From: Octopus bimaculoides
Taxonomy: Eukaryota
Length of the DNA stretch: 64,000 nt
Assembly (NCBI RefSeq): GCF_001194135.2
Contig: NC_068981.1
Coordinates: 100,540,346-100,604,345 of the forward strand
Direction of reading: 5' to 3'
Shown here: in pieces, positions 51,045-62,790 of the stretch
Layout: every line of letters begins with the position of its first letter
Position numbering within the stretch: position 1 is the stretch's first letter
Notes under the pieces: generated by a model
The model's database searches: none
Told to the model about the DNA's origin: nothing
Seen by the model: the letters and a program-made list of their open reading frames with translations, nothing else
Translations under genes and position numbers: made by a program

Positions 51045-52210
51045 TATATATAGTAAGTGACTATGTAGCTCCTCTACAGCAAGAGGCCTTTCCGTTCTGG
51101 TTCCCTTCTCTCTCACTTTAACCACCTCATCTCCTTGGGTAAAGCCACCTCCTTCTCTAATCTGCTCAATTGATGGGATTCTTAGTTTTGCAAGCTTCAT
51201 GGTGACCTCACTGGTGTTGGTGCTATGAAAAAGACACTCAGTATGTTCAGTGCAATACTGAATACTTCATGCCTCTGATCCTTTCTGTATATCATCATCA
51301 TCATAACATCCACTTTTCCATGCTCGTATGGGTCAGATGGAATTTATTGTGGTAGATTTCCTATAGCCTGATGCCCTTCCTGTCATCACTAACCCTCATG
51401 TGTTTTTCAAGTGAGGTAATATTTCCCTGTGACCAGACATGTTTTCACAATAGTGGAAACGAACAACACTGTTTGCATTACAGTGAGATTCATTTACAAC
51501 AGTCTTGTGATGTGAAGACCATGAAGCAGTAATACATAAACACACGTACATGTCTATTTATGTACCTAAATTTTCCCACGTATAATTTTAGTAACCCTTT
51601 CCTGGTTATCAAACTAAAAGGATTCTTATTATGGCAAATGTTTTGCCACTTTATGATTAGTTGTTAAAGGGCTTACATGCACTTAAAACCTATTCACTGT
51701 TTTTGTTAAAAACTGCTCAACTACTAAAAGTGACATACAACATACTATAAGAAGGATAGTACAAGTCATTTCTTTAGTAAATTTGGTTATGTCTACACTT
51801 CTCCATATTTACCAAAATAAGGAAAACAACACTTGTCATTGATTAATTTTTTTTTCTTTACTGAGAAATTATTTCTAGTTAGCTTTTTAATGCTCCCTGC
51901 ATTAAGTATGTTAACACTAATATAACAATCATTATTATGAATCTGACACAAGTAAATCCAATGACAATATATTTGTAATAATAAATATAATAATTTTAAA
52001 ATAAACTGGTTATTATGAAGAAGTTTCATCAGCTTAGTTTGAAACAATCCTTTATTCTTCCAGTTCAACTTAACTTGTAAGTTTTTCATTTAATATCGAT
52101 TTTCATTGACTTTGTAATTTTCAGTTGAAATTTATAGGTGCTTTCTGTCCTGGATCAATAAAAGAAAGTATAACCACTTATGTTTTCTGTTGTGATTCAT
52201 TGGACATATA

Positions 52211-52447
52211 CAGGGTTGGCCAAAAGTCACCTGACAGTAACTCAAAACCATGTAATTTCAACTTTTATTTATGTTTAACAACCGAATGAAATTTCGATAA
52301 TAAACAGACAAATGTTGAAAAAAAACCATGATTTTAACTCATAGCATTCAATTATTGAACATTCATAATTGGAATGAATAAATAAAATTGAATATTAAGT
52401 ATTTATGGAATTTTGATTTACTGTTGGGTGACTTTTGGCCTACCCTG
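52211..52447. mobile_element. Tc1/mariner-type MITE, near-palindromic
   Basis: TA on both sides; TIR CAGGGTTGGCCAAAAGTCACC (1 mismatch in 21), with weaker inverted similarity extending inward. Confidence 0.88.
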
Positions 52448-52469
52448 TATATATATACAGGGGGATGTA

Positions 52470-54960
52470 CCTTATGACAAAATGGAGGGGGATGTAGCTT
52501 CACACAATGTATAGGACAACTGGATGTTTCTACGGGACAACCTGCTGAGGGCCACCGACCAGATCTGTGGATGGTGCAAGGTCCCCTCTCGACCTAAAAT
52601 AACATGGTGGTGGAACAATGTTGTTGACAGGGCTATTAGACAAAAGAAACAGGCTTGGAAAGACGGGAAGAAGGATGGTAGCAGGGAATTGTATCAGACT
52701 GCCAGAAGGGAAGCTTGGCGACAGGTTTATTTAGCCAGAGGGGAGGCAGATAAGAAAAAGTTTGCCAATGTTCAGCGCCATGAGGACCAAAGACTTGAGG
52801 TATTTCGTGTTGCAAGACAGTGTGTGAGAGAGAATCGTGATGTCGTGGGAGAGAAATGTGTTCGCATGGATGATGGTACGCTTGCACTAAACGAGGCTGC
52901 AAAGAAAGAGGTTTGGAGACGCCACTATGAAAGATTGCTCAATAAAGAGAATGAATGGGAGAGAGAGAGAGTCTGCCGAATGTCGACCCAACAGAGGGAC
53001 CAGCTATCCGAGTTGAAAGTACCATGGTAGATAAAGCAATTAAGAGTATGAAGACAGGGAAGGCCCCCGGCCCATCTGGAATCACTGCAGAGATGCTCAA
53101 AATATCTGGCAGTGTCGGCTATAGCCTAGTCACCCGTATTGTTAACCAGGCGATACACAAAGGAGTCATACCCAATGACTGGTGTAGCAACACCATAGTC
53201 AACTGCTACAAAGGTAAAGGTGACGCTTTAGATNNNNNNNNNNNNNNNNNNNNNNNNNNNNNNNNNNNNNNNNNNNNNNNNNNNNNNNNNNNNNNNNNNN
53301 NNNNNNNNNNNNNNNNNNNNNNNNNNNNNNNNNNNNNNNNNNNNNNNNNNNNNNNNNNNNNNNNNNNNNNNNNNNNNNNNNNNNNNNNNNNNNNNNNNNN
53401 NNNNNNNNNNNNNNNNNNNNNNNNNNNNNNNNNNNATTTATCATAGTCCTCCAGGCTATAACAGAGGAATTCAAGACAGGATGCCCCTGGGAGCTCCTCT
53501 ATGCTGACGACGTTGCACTAATTGCTGAGTCACTATCAGAACTAGAGGAGAAGTTTCAGGTGTGGAAGCAAGGACTAGAATCGAAGGGCCTTAGAGTGAA
53601 CCTAGCTAAAACCAAAGTCCTAATAAGTAGGAAGGTAGACAAAACACAAACCCCCTTCAGGTAGATGGCCCTGCTCGATCTGTAGAAAAGGCGTGGGTAG
53701 GAAGTTTATAAGATGTACCCAGTGCAAGCTATGGACACATAAGAGGTGCAGCAATATCAAAGGAAAGTTAACTAGGAAGTTAGTTTTCATTTACAGCAGA
53801 TGTTCAGGAGCTATAAATACTGTAAATGTGCAGAAAACAACATCTACTACATTCCAGGGAGTAAATCTAGAAGTGGTTGATAACTTCTGCTATCTTGGTG
53901 ACCAAGTTAGTAAGTGGGGAGGGTGTGCTGAATGTGTAGCTGCTAGAATAAGAATAGCTTGGGCAAAGTTCAGAGAGCTCTTACCTCTGCTGGTGACAAA
54001 GGGCCTCTCACTCAGAGTAAAAGGCAGACTCTATGACGCATGTGTACGAACTGTCATGCTTCATGGCAGTGAAACATGGGCTGTAACTGCTGAGGACATG
54101 CGTAAGCTCGCAAGGAATGAAGCCAGTATGCTCTGATGGATGTGTAATGTCAGTGTGCATGCTAGACAGAGTGTAAGTACCTTGAGAGAAAAGTTGAACC
54201 TAAGAAGCATCAGCTGTGGTGTGCAAGAGAGACGTTTGCGCTGGTATGGGCATGTGGCGAGAATGGATGAGGATAGCTGTGTGAAAAAGTGCCACACCCT
54301 AGCAGTTGAGGGAACCTGTGGAAGAGGTAGGCCCAGGAAGACCTGGGATGAGGTGGTGAGGCACGATCTTCGAACATTGGGCCTCACCGAGGCAATNNNN
54401 NNNNNNNNNNNNNNNNNNNNNNNNNNNNNNNNNNNNNNNNNNNNNNNNNNNNNNNNNNNNNNNNNNNNNNNNNNNNNNNNNNNNNNNNNNNNNNNNNNNN
54501 NNNNNNNNNNNNNNNNNNNNNNNNNNNNNNNNNNNNNNNNNNNNNNNNNNNNNNNNNNNNNNNNNNNNNNNNNNNNNNNNNNNNNNNNNNNNNNNNNNNN
54601 NNNCCTATTGAAGCAAGCGAAAGCAAAATCGTGATGGCACCGGTGCCCTGGCACGTGTAAGGACATTCGAGCGAGATCGTTGCCAGTGCCGCTGGACTGG
54701 CTCCCGTGCAGGTGGCATGTAAAAGACACCATTTTGAGCGTGGCCGTTGCCAGTACCGCCTGACTGGCCTTCATGCCGGTGGCACGTAAAAGTATCCACT
54801 ACACTCTCGGAGTGGTTGGCGTTAGGAAGGGCATCCAGCTGTAGAAACTCTGCCAAATCAGATTGGAGCCTGGTGTAACCATCTGGTTCACCAGTCCTCA
54901 TTCAAATCGTCCAACCCATGCTAGCATGGAAAGCGGACGTTAAACGATGATGATGATGAT
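52470..54960 (+). mobile_element. 5'-truncated RTE-clade LINE: disrupted RT ORF with PHD-like insert, 3'UTR and (GAT)n tail
   Basis: TWWWN, KTGKAPGPSGITAEMLK, LLYADDVAL, LRVNLAKTK, FCYLG, RGRPRKTW motifs; frameshifts near 52960 and 53655, TGA at 54134; tail GATGATGAT at 54946-54960; two gaps. Confidence 0.92.
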
Positions 54961-55278
54961 ATATAGTATTTTATTACATCAAGCATATACTGCATAAAAC
55001 TTTTTAATCTGATATAAAGCTACATTACATGTTAATAATTTGAATCTCTCTATAAACCCTTTGAATCTAATTTTTTTTCTTTTGTATAGTCTTTTTTTTT
55101 AACCTGAGAGATGATTGTGTTTTCACTATCTACAAAAAGAAAGCACATAGGGCAGATAGTGGCGACTATAGAGAAATCTCTGTGCTATTAGTCACTGGAA
55201 ATATTGTAGGCAGCATCCCTAATCATTGGCTTAAACTACTAACAGAGAAGTTTCTAATAAGACTCAATTAGCTTTTAC

Positions 55279-56577
55279 CTATCAAGAGAAGATATGGATA
55301 TAATCTTTAAAACCTGTCAGATCTAAGAGAAGTGTTAAGAACAGAATCAAATCCTCTACATAATCTTTAAAAACCTCTTCATGCCCTTCAGCAGTGTCTC
55401 CTATGATTTTCTTCAGAAGATCCTTGATATTTTTTGATATTCTGCTAAGTTCATCATGATCCTAAGACTTCTTCATAGCAACATGGTTGCTGCTGTTCTG
55501 GTCTGTCATAGAGTCAAACAGAGTTGTTGCATTATCCCAGTGTTTTTGTTTCACTATATTTATCACAGCCATCTTCAGAACTTCAGCAACTTTGGTGACA
55601 TGGAGAGTCATCCCTTGGTCATTGTTAACAATGATTGAAAACCCCAACATCATTTGAAATATGCAAGAACTGCTTTTAGGCACCTTTGGACATGGACTTT
55701 TCACAACCAAGACATTCAGATTGCTATGAAGTCCTTGTATTCTCAAAGTCTTCCTGTGTAAAATAGTTGTTATCCCCATCTACCATTGACATCTGACTTT
55801 ATTGAGGGACTTTCACAAGCACTATCTTCATAGCATTCTCATGATCATCTAGGAAAGCTTTTGAACCAATATTAACATCTTTCAAAGAGGAAATACTACC
55901 AGTACTGAAGCAGCTAGCATTAAGAACTGCTTTCAGTAGGCAGGACACATTCTTCAAAGGGAGAACAACTGCTTCCGCTAGAAAATTTGTAGCTAGCTGA
56001 GGGAATATAAATGAACAAGGCAAAAACAGCTGAACAACATCTTGAATGCAACATTCAAAAGCTGTAGCATGAACATGAACAACTGAAAAGTTCTGGTTCA
56101 TGATGGGGCAGCCTAAAGTTTCTTCATTCATCAAAGAGTAGACTGCTATGTATGATCTCATCAAAAAGATTGTTGGGGCAAGAGGGAGACAAATAAAATC
56201 AAAACTCACTACCAAAACCCATTCAGCCTTCTGTACTTATCTATTCTCACTGTCAGAAGATCCATACCATTAGGATAGGACTTACTCACTTGCACACACA
56301 TCAATAATCTCTGACCTAGAAAACCATCTCTTGAATTACCAAGAGTTAACCAATATATCTTCATGAAGGGGATAATTTTCGATGCTGGCAAACTTACAAA
56401 GAGATATAAGGCTAATTATGAGTTGTTCTACATATGATATTTCTGCCAGTTAACAAAAGTACTTGGCTTGACTTTCTAGTATGAATTTCCTTGACTCTTT
56501 TCATGACAATAGGGAATAATTTGATGGAGATTTGTTTGCTAGTTCTAACAGGTCAAGTTCTTTCTTTATTGGTTCCC
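55279..56577 (-). pseudogene. Unidentified decayed coding-like relic
   Basis: Back-to-back 138-aa and 105-aa ORFs, further in-frame extensions across single stops, a TTTTTTTCAG acceptor-like start and a G|GTAAAA donor-like end. No family recognised. Confidence 0.3.
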
Positions 56578-57349
56578 CTGAAAAAAATAGTTGTACGAGA
56601 AAAGCAATTTATTAAAGCTGAGGGACTTAAAGTCACAACAAAAGAAAGTCAATGTCTTTCACATCTATTCTACCTTAAATGAAGCTCTGACCTACTTCTT
56701 GTATAATAGATGTGTCTTTTCATAACATATCTGTGGCAGCATAAGGCATATGGTTATGCAATTATCAAATTGTTACACACTCATGCAACTGGTACTTAAT
56801 TTATTGACTCTGAAAGGATGAAAGGCAAAGTGACCTCAGCAGAATTTGAACTCAGAACATAAAGACAGACAAAATACCACTGAGCATTTTTCCCAGCATG
56901 CTAACGTTTCTGCCAGCTTGCCACCTTCCACATATATAATATTAATTATAGTTTGGGCTTTGGCAGTCATGGACACAGCAGAGGACTTGATCAGATGCAT
57001 TGGCATATTTAATTTTGTTTTTTGAGTTATAAGTTCAAATCCCATCAGGGTTGGCTTTATCTTTCATCCTGTGGGGATGAATAAAATATATAATAATTAT
57101 ACTTTCTTCTATCATGTTACACTCAGTGTTGCACTTTAAAAAGTTTGTTGTTTTTAAAACTTCTGTGCCTTTTATTTATTTATTTATTTTTGCATATACT
57201 AAAAAATTATTTTTCTTTTATTTTTGGCTGAAATATCTTAAACCTTCAAGAAGAATCAACTTTCAAACGCTAAAATTATATATTAGAAAACAATAACTGG
57301 GACTTCAGCATTTATTATACCCATTACTCTGTAAATCAAAGAATTTTCA

Positions 57350-57432
57350 ATGGGTGACGAATTCTTTGGGCCCTACCTCTCTGAACGCCAGTGGGGGACT
57401 GTCCGTGAAGACTACTCATTTTCTGGAGACTG
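57350..57432 (+). CDS. YMR196W-like / GH63-related glycoside hydrolase, first recognisable coding exon ([27 protein letters not shown])
   Basis: Contains the family motif [17 protein letters not shown]. Donor TG|GTTAGT at 57433 (phase 2). An in-frame TAA at 57332 lies upstream of the ATG; a weak acceptor at 57341 could instead add an upstream coding exon. Confidence 0.85.
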
Positions 57433-57440
57433 GTTAGTAT

Positions 57441-57820
57441 CTTTTATCTTTTACTTGTTTCAGTTATTAGACTGTGGCCATGTTGGGGCACCACCTTGAA
57501 GAATTTTTAGTTGAATGAATTGACCTCTGTACTTGTTCTTTTTTAAGCCTGTTACTTATTCTATCAGTCTGTTTTGGCAAACTGTTAAGTTACTGGGATG
57601 TAAACACGCCAACACTGGTTGTCAAGCAGTGCTGGGGGGACAAACACAGGCACATACACTCACACATGTATATAACAGGCTTCTTTCAGTTTCCATTTAC
57701 CAAATCCACTTACAAGGCTTTGGTCAGCTTGAGGCTTAGTAGAAGACATTCGCCCAAGGTGTCATGTAGTGGGACTGAACCTGGAACCATGTGGTTAGGA
57801 AGCAAACTTCTTACCACACA
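57441..57820 (-). mobile_element. SINE family A starting 8 nt after the hydrolase exon donor
   Basis: Reverse-complement copy. Partial copies also at about 10880-11000, 32947-33110, 43943-44090 and 61605-61945. Confidence 0.82.
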
Positions 57821-58859
57821 ATTCTTATCAGCTTGAAATAGAAGTATGTGTTCAGTTATTTTATAATGAACTGTCCTAAGTCTGTTTAAAAGCTTCATAA
57901 ATCAATTTTCCATTAATGCTTCATTAATAATGGGCTAACCTTAATTCTGTTGAGAATCTTCAGATTAATTTTTCATAATTAAATCTTACTTCAAGAAAAT
58001 AATTTTTGAATCTTATTTTCTTTATTTGTAAAATGACATTGCTACTTAGGTTATTACTAGACCACTGGGCAGCAACTGTTGATCCCATGTTCCATAAGTA
58101 AAATTAACAGACAAATAGGACCACTTTTATATGACTATTGAGAACACCCTCATCATTATGAGATTATTGCAATACAATCTCATATGGTCAATCACTACAG
58201 TTAGTACACAGTTATACAGAGACTAAGGTCTTGATATAATTAAAGAAAATAAGTGTAAAGTCCTTTCAGTTCAGTGATATAAATCATTTTACTGTCCATG
58301 GCTGAAGCTTTGGATAGCCAGTCAAGCAACTGCTCACTTATTGGTCAAGTGAGCTTCAAATTTCTGACCCAAATACCTCACAGGTTAAAATGGGTAATAG
58401 CACTGAATCAGTCCTGTATACTGAGGTTCATTTTGGTTTAAAAGCAATAAGGTTAAAAGAGCTGAAACCTGCAATAGGATTGGGATTTGAACAAAACTAA
58501 TGGTAGTATAGCATAGTACATATGCAACAAGTGATAAAACAGGTTTATAAAATGGGGGTTTATAAAATCTATGGCTAAGAGAAAAATCTAAGTTCAATAG
58601 TGAGAGAGAGTGTTTAAATTAAACTGTGCTGAATTTGAAACCGGTTGTATAGCCACTAGTTAGCTTTGAATGAGCAGATCTATGATCAAAGGTGTTCTAG
58701 CTATGACTATCCCATCTTTTTTATACAGCAAGGACTACATTATCCACTGTATCCCTTATTGGGCTGCAGTTTGCCCATGACTGTCATAGAGATTCTCTTG
58801 TATCATCAAGCTAATCAAAAAAAAAGATGTCCATGTATAAAGGTGCAATTTGAATATGA

Positions 58860-58900
<41 letters not shown>

Positions 58901-58994
58901 CGAAAAATTGAGATTCAGATGAAATAGGTACCAAAATTGAGGCACCAAAAATTAGTGCGGTATTATCTGTACAATTTCAAAATAAGGCAAATAA

Positions 58995-60391
58995 AATCAA
59001 AATAAGCAACAGGATATCCAGAGGTGATGCAGTACGACCGTTTCAAGTGGCTCCATTTAATTGAACAATGCAATCATTACATCAGTTTAAATGCAGAGCT
59101 ATCCTCAGCTGCATAAATAAATAAATAGAATTAATTTAATCAGTCGGACACAGTTGTATAATTTTACTTAAATCCTCCAAGAGAGTAAGAAAACAGACAA
59201 AGTCCATGCTGTTTTCACTTCAGCTTAGAAGCTACTAAGACATCAAGACAAAAAAGAAACTTGTTTGGGTTCTAGCTTGTCACTGATTTTTGGGTGGTTT
59301 TGATTTATAGTCTTGTTTATCAAATCTTTATATTATATCAAAATCTAAGACTATAGGAAAGGGCATGAGGAAGTTGACAGAATCATAGTGGATATAGTCA
59401 TAAAACTTGTCAAAGTTTATTTTGAAGTAGTATAATGTAACTAGCTATAATGAGGTTTGGTAAAGGAAGATCTTAAATCAAGATGTTAATTATCACTTAA
59501 AGGGGCAAGACTCTAATAAAACCAATGATGATAATACAGGGGAAATTTTTTATCATGGGGGGACTATAGTTGAATGATTTAAACAATATCGTTATATTAT
59601 ATAAAGATAAAATTTAGGGTTATCAAGAAAAAATATTAAGAAAATATTATAACCAAAAAGATACATTTTTGAATAATTTTGAGTAATTTACAAAAATAGA
59701 GAGAGAGAAAAAAATTACATAGAATTAGTTTAATATTTTTTCATATACTTAAATATTTACTTATTAGGTGGTATCTGTGAAGATTGATCACTGGCATTTA
59801 ATAAAGGAATACTGGGGCGATAGAACATGCTAACTATATAATAAATATAATCTAAGAGGTATATTATAAGTTGTGAAGTTACATGTGCTGTTATATATAA
59901 GCTGATATAAATTTCTAGAGATACAAAAATTAGGTTTACTTACATAAAGGCTATTATAAATATGGGTCAGTAGGGTAGAACACCACAGAAAGAAAGAAAT
60001 AGTTTAATAACTAAAAACCATGATGAAGTGTATATACCTTATTATCATCAATAGAAAAGAGATTATTATATAGAATTTCATTAATAATTCAAACATTTAA
60101 ACTAAATTATTTATTTATTAGGTGGTATCTATAAAGACTGATACCTGGTATTTACTAGAGGAATATTGAGGCTATAAAACATACTAATTTTGTCTGTCTT
60201 CTTACCCTCTTAAAGGATTTAAGTAAAATTATACAAATGTGTCCCACTGGTTAAATCAATTCTATTTATTTATGCAGCTGAGGATAGCTCTGCATTTAAA
60301 TTGATGTAATGATTACATTGTTCAATTAAATAGAGTCACTTGAAACGGTCATACTGCATCACCTCTGGATATCCTGTTGCTTATTTTGATT
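58995..60391. mobile_element. Element bounded by about 205-bp inverted repeats (MULE/fold-back-like)
   Basis: Arms at 58995-59201 and 60188-60391 differ by about 13 substitutions and one 4-nt indel. Internal direct repeat at about 59710-59835 / 60060-60190. No ORF or TSD found. Confidence 0.75.
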
Positions 60392-60392
60392 G

Positions 60393-60439
<47 letters not shown>

Positions 60440-60518
60440 CATATATGTATANNNNNNNNNNNNNNNNNNNNNNNNNNNNNNNNNNNNNNNNNNNNNNNNN
60501 NNNNNNNNNNNNNNNNNN

Positions 60519-60581
<63 letters not shown>

Positions 60582-60907
60582 TACATACTTACACACAAAC
60601 AAAAATACTCTGTTGATGTTGAAATTCCAATGAAGGAGTCTTGAATCTAGGTTAGAAACCGGCTCTTCCTCTATTAGCAAGAAATCTTGAAATAAAACTG
60701 AACAATGACATACATACATACATATGTGTATATGCATATTTATGCATGTGTGTGTGTGTGTATGTAGCAGTTCTTGAAAATATTTAACTTCAATTATCTT
60801 TAAAGAAAAGGAGATTGTGAAAAGCATTTAAAACATGAAAAGTGTTAACATGTTTAATTATTTTTCTTTTTCATTTCTTTTCATCTTCCTCTATATAATT
60901 TCAACAG

Positions 60908-61076
60908 TTGGAAATATTGTACACATCATGACTCTCTCAACACAGTTTACCTTCATGGAGAAGATGGCTTGTTTGGCTGGTCTGATTATAAAGCCAAATT
61001 ATGTGCATCTGTAGCATTATGGAATGGAAAAGATACTATACTTAAAGAGAGGTTATTTGGGCTTACTGGGCCTCAG
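60908..61076 (+). CDS. YMR196W-like / GH63-related glycoside hydrolase, next exon (WKYCTHHDSLNTVYLHGEDGLFGWSD...ALWNGKDTILKERLFGLTGPQ)
   Basis: Long pyrimidine tract and CAACAG acceptor at 60907, CAG|GTAATT donor at 61077. TG|T joins the previous exon in frame (GDCW). Motifs GEDG and LWNGKD.ILKERLFGLTG are characteristic of the family as I recall it. Confidence 0.9.
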
Positions 61077-62716
61077 GTAATTCATTTGAAGTATTTTTAA
61101 TCTCTGTTCTTTGACAAGTTTATGTTTGAAACAATTATTTATGCAGTAAATGGCGGTGCCCCAGCATGGCCACAGCTCATGAGCTGAAACTAGATAAAAT
61201 GATAAAATGAAATGAGTACTAAAATGTACAATATTTCAATACTTTCCCTTGTAAACATTTTTAGTGGCATGTTTGTTTATATACTTTTTACACGCTGAAT
61301 GTCATTAACTGTTTGACATGATTGTGAGTTTGTTTTTTTTTTACACCTGAGTGCACTCCCTATTCTCAATCACTCATGCATGAACTAAGAAAAATACTTG
61401 TTATTTGTCAAGATTACATAATTGTACCAAATTTTGCTCATTGAATTTATTGTGTTCATTGTATCTTTCCCTGTTTATCTTGCTGAAAATGTATTGCTGA
61501 ATGTTTAATGGTAAGAATAGCATTCATCCAATTGTTAATATTCTCACTCAACAATTCACAATTAAGTATCTGAATTTGCAAAAGAGATATATATGGACCC
61601 GAGCCTGGCCATATGGTTAAAAACTTTGCTTTGCGATCATAACAGGTTCTAGGTTCAAGTTCAGTACACCACACCTTTAGCCAAATGTTTTCTACTATAC
61701 CCTTTTTGGTTAACTATGATTGAAATGTTAGTGACAAGAACTGTGTAAAAGCATGTTTGTTGTTTGGTTAAGAACTTTGCTTCTTAACCACATAGTTTCA
61801 GGTTCAATCCCAGTACATGGCACCTTGGGCAAGTGTCTTCTATTATTGCCCTGGGTCAATCAAAACTTTGTGAGTGGATTTGCTTGATGGAAACTGAAAG
61901 AAGCTTATTGTACATATGTGTATATATATACGTGTGTGTGTGTATCTTGTTCGTCTTGATGTCACATGATTGTTATACAAGGATGTTATTCATTTACGAT
62001 ATTCTGTGAAAACATGTCTGGCCACAGGGAAATATTACCTTGCTTGGAAACAGGTAAGGGTTGGCGACAGGAAGGGCATCTAGTCATGGAAAAGTGGATG
62101 TTACCGAGAAATTTATAGAGAGCAAAAAAAAAGCTTCTTCTAAAAAAAAAAAAGCTTCTTCACTATAGAAACCATGCCACAACAGACAGTTGAGTAAGAT
62201 TTGATTACTTCTTCTAGTAGGTCTAAAAACCATTTAGAAGCTCCCCCATGTTGTTTTAGAAGTAGTAACTGCAGGAGCAGCAATGAAATGAAGTCTGTGA
62301 ACTGGAATCTTTCAGATGGCTCACAAAATGGAGTGAATAGTTTCTTTTTCTTGTAAATAAGCACAGTAGTTCATGTAAGTTTATAACATGTTTATTCTTA
62401 TATAATATACATACATACATATANNNNNNNNNNNNNNNNNNNNNNNNNNNNNNNNNNNNNNNNNNNNNNNNNNNNNNNNNNNNNNNNNNNNNNNNNNNNN
62501 NNNNNNNNNNNNNNNNNNNNNNNNNNNNNNNAAATTCAAATTACAACAAAAGTAAATAAACAAACGCAAATAAACAAATGAAGTTTGCTTTTCGAAGCGT
62601 TGAGATGTCTTTTAGAAAGTTAAAGAAGTGATTTTAAATTCTCAATCGCAGAATAATGCTAATAATATAGCCTGAACAGGATAAACTACCCCTATTTTGC
62701 AGAGAAAACTGTAGGT

Positions 62717-62790
62717 GGCTAGCTGTGGACACGAACTCACATCCCCATGATTACATGTCACGATGCTTTGATCGATTAAGCTAAACTACC
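62717..62790 (-). pseudogene. Degenerate tRNA-like gene, anticodon TGT (Thr-like)
   Basis: Minus strand: GGTAGTT/AGCTAGC acceptor (6/7), GCTT/AAGC D-stem, CGTGA/TCATG anticodon stem with loop CATGTAA (A33), GAGTTCG T-loop, TTTT just downstream. Confidence 0.5.

Noticed and set aside
57350-61076. Bacterial or fungal contamination as the source of the hydrolase sequence
   Set aside because: The coding pieces are separated by a phase-compatible GT-AG intron containing the same SINE family as the rest of the window.
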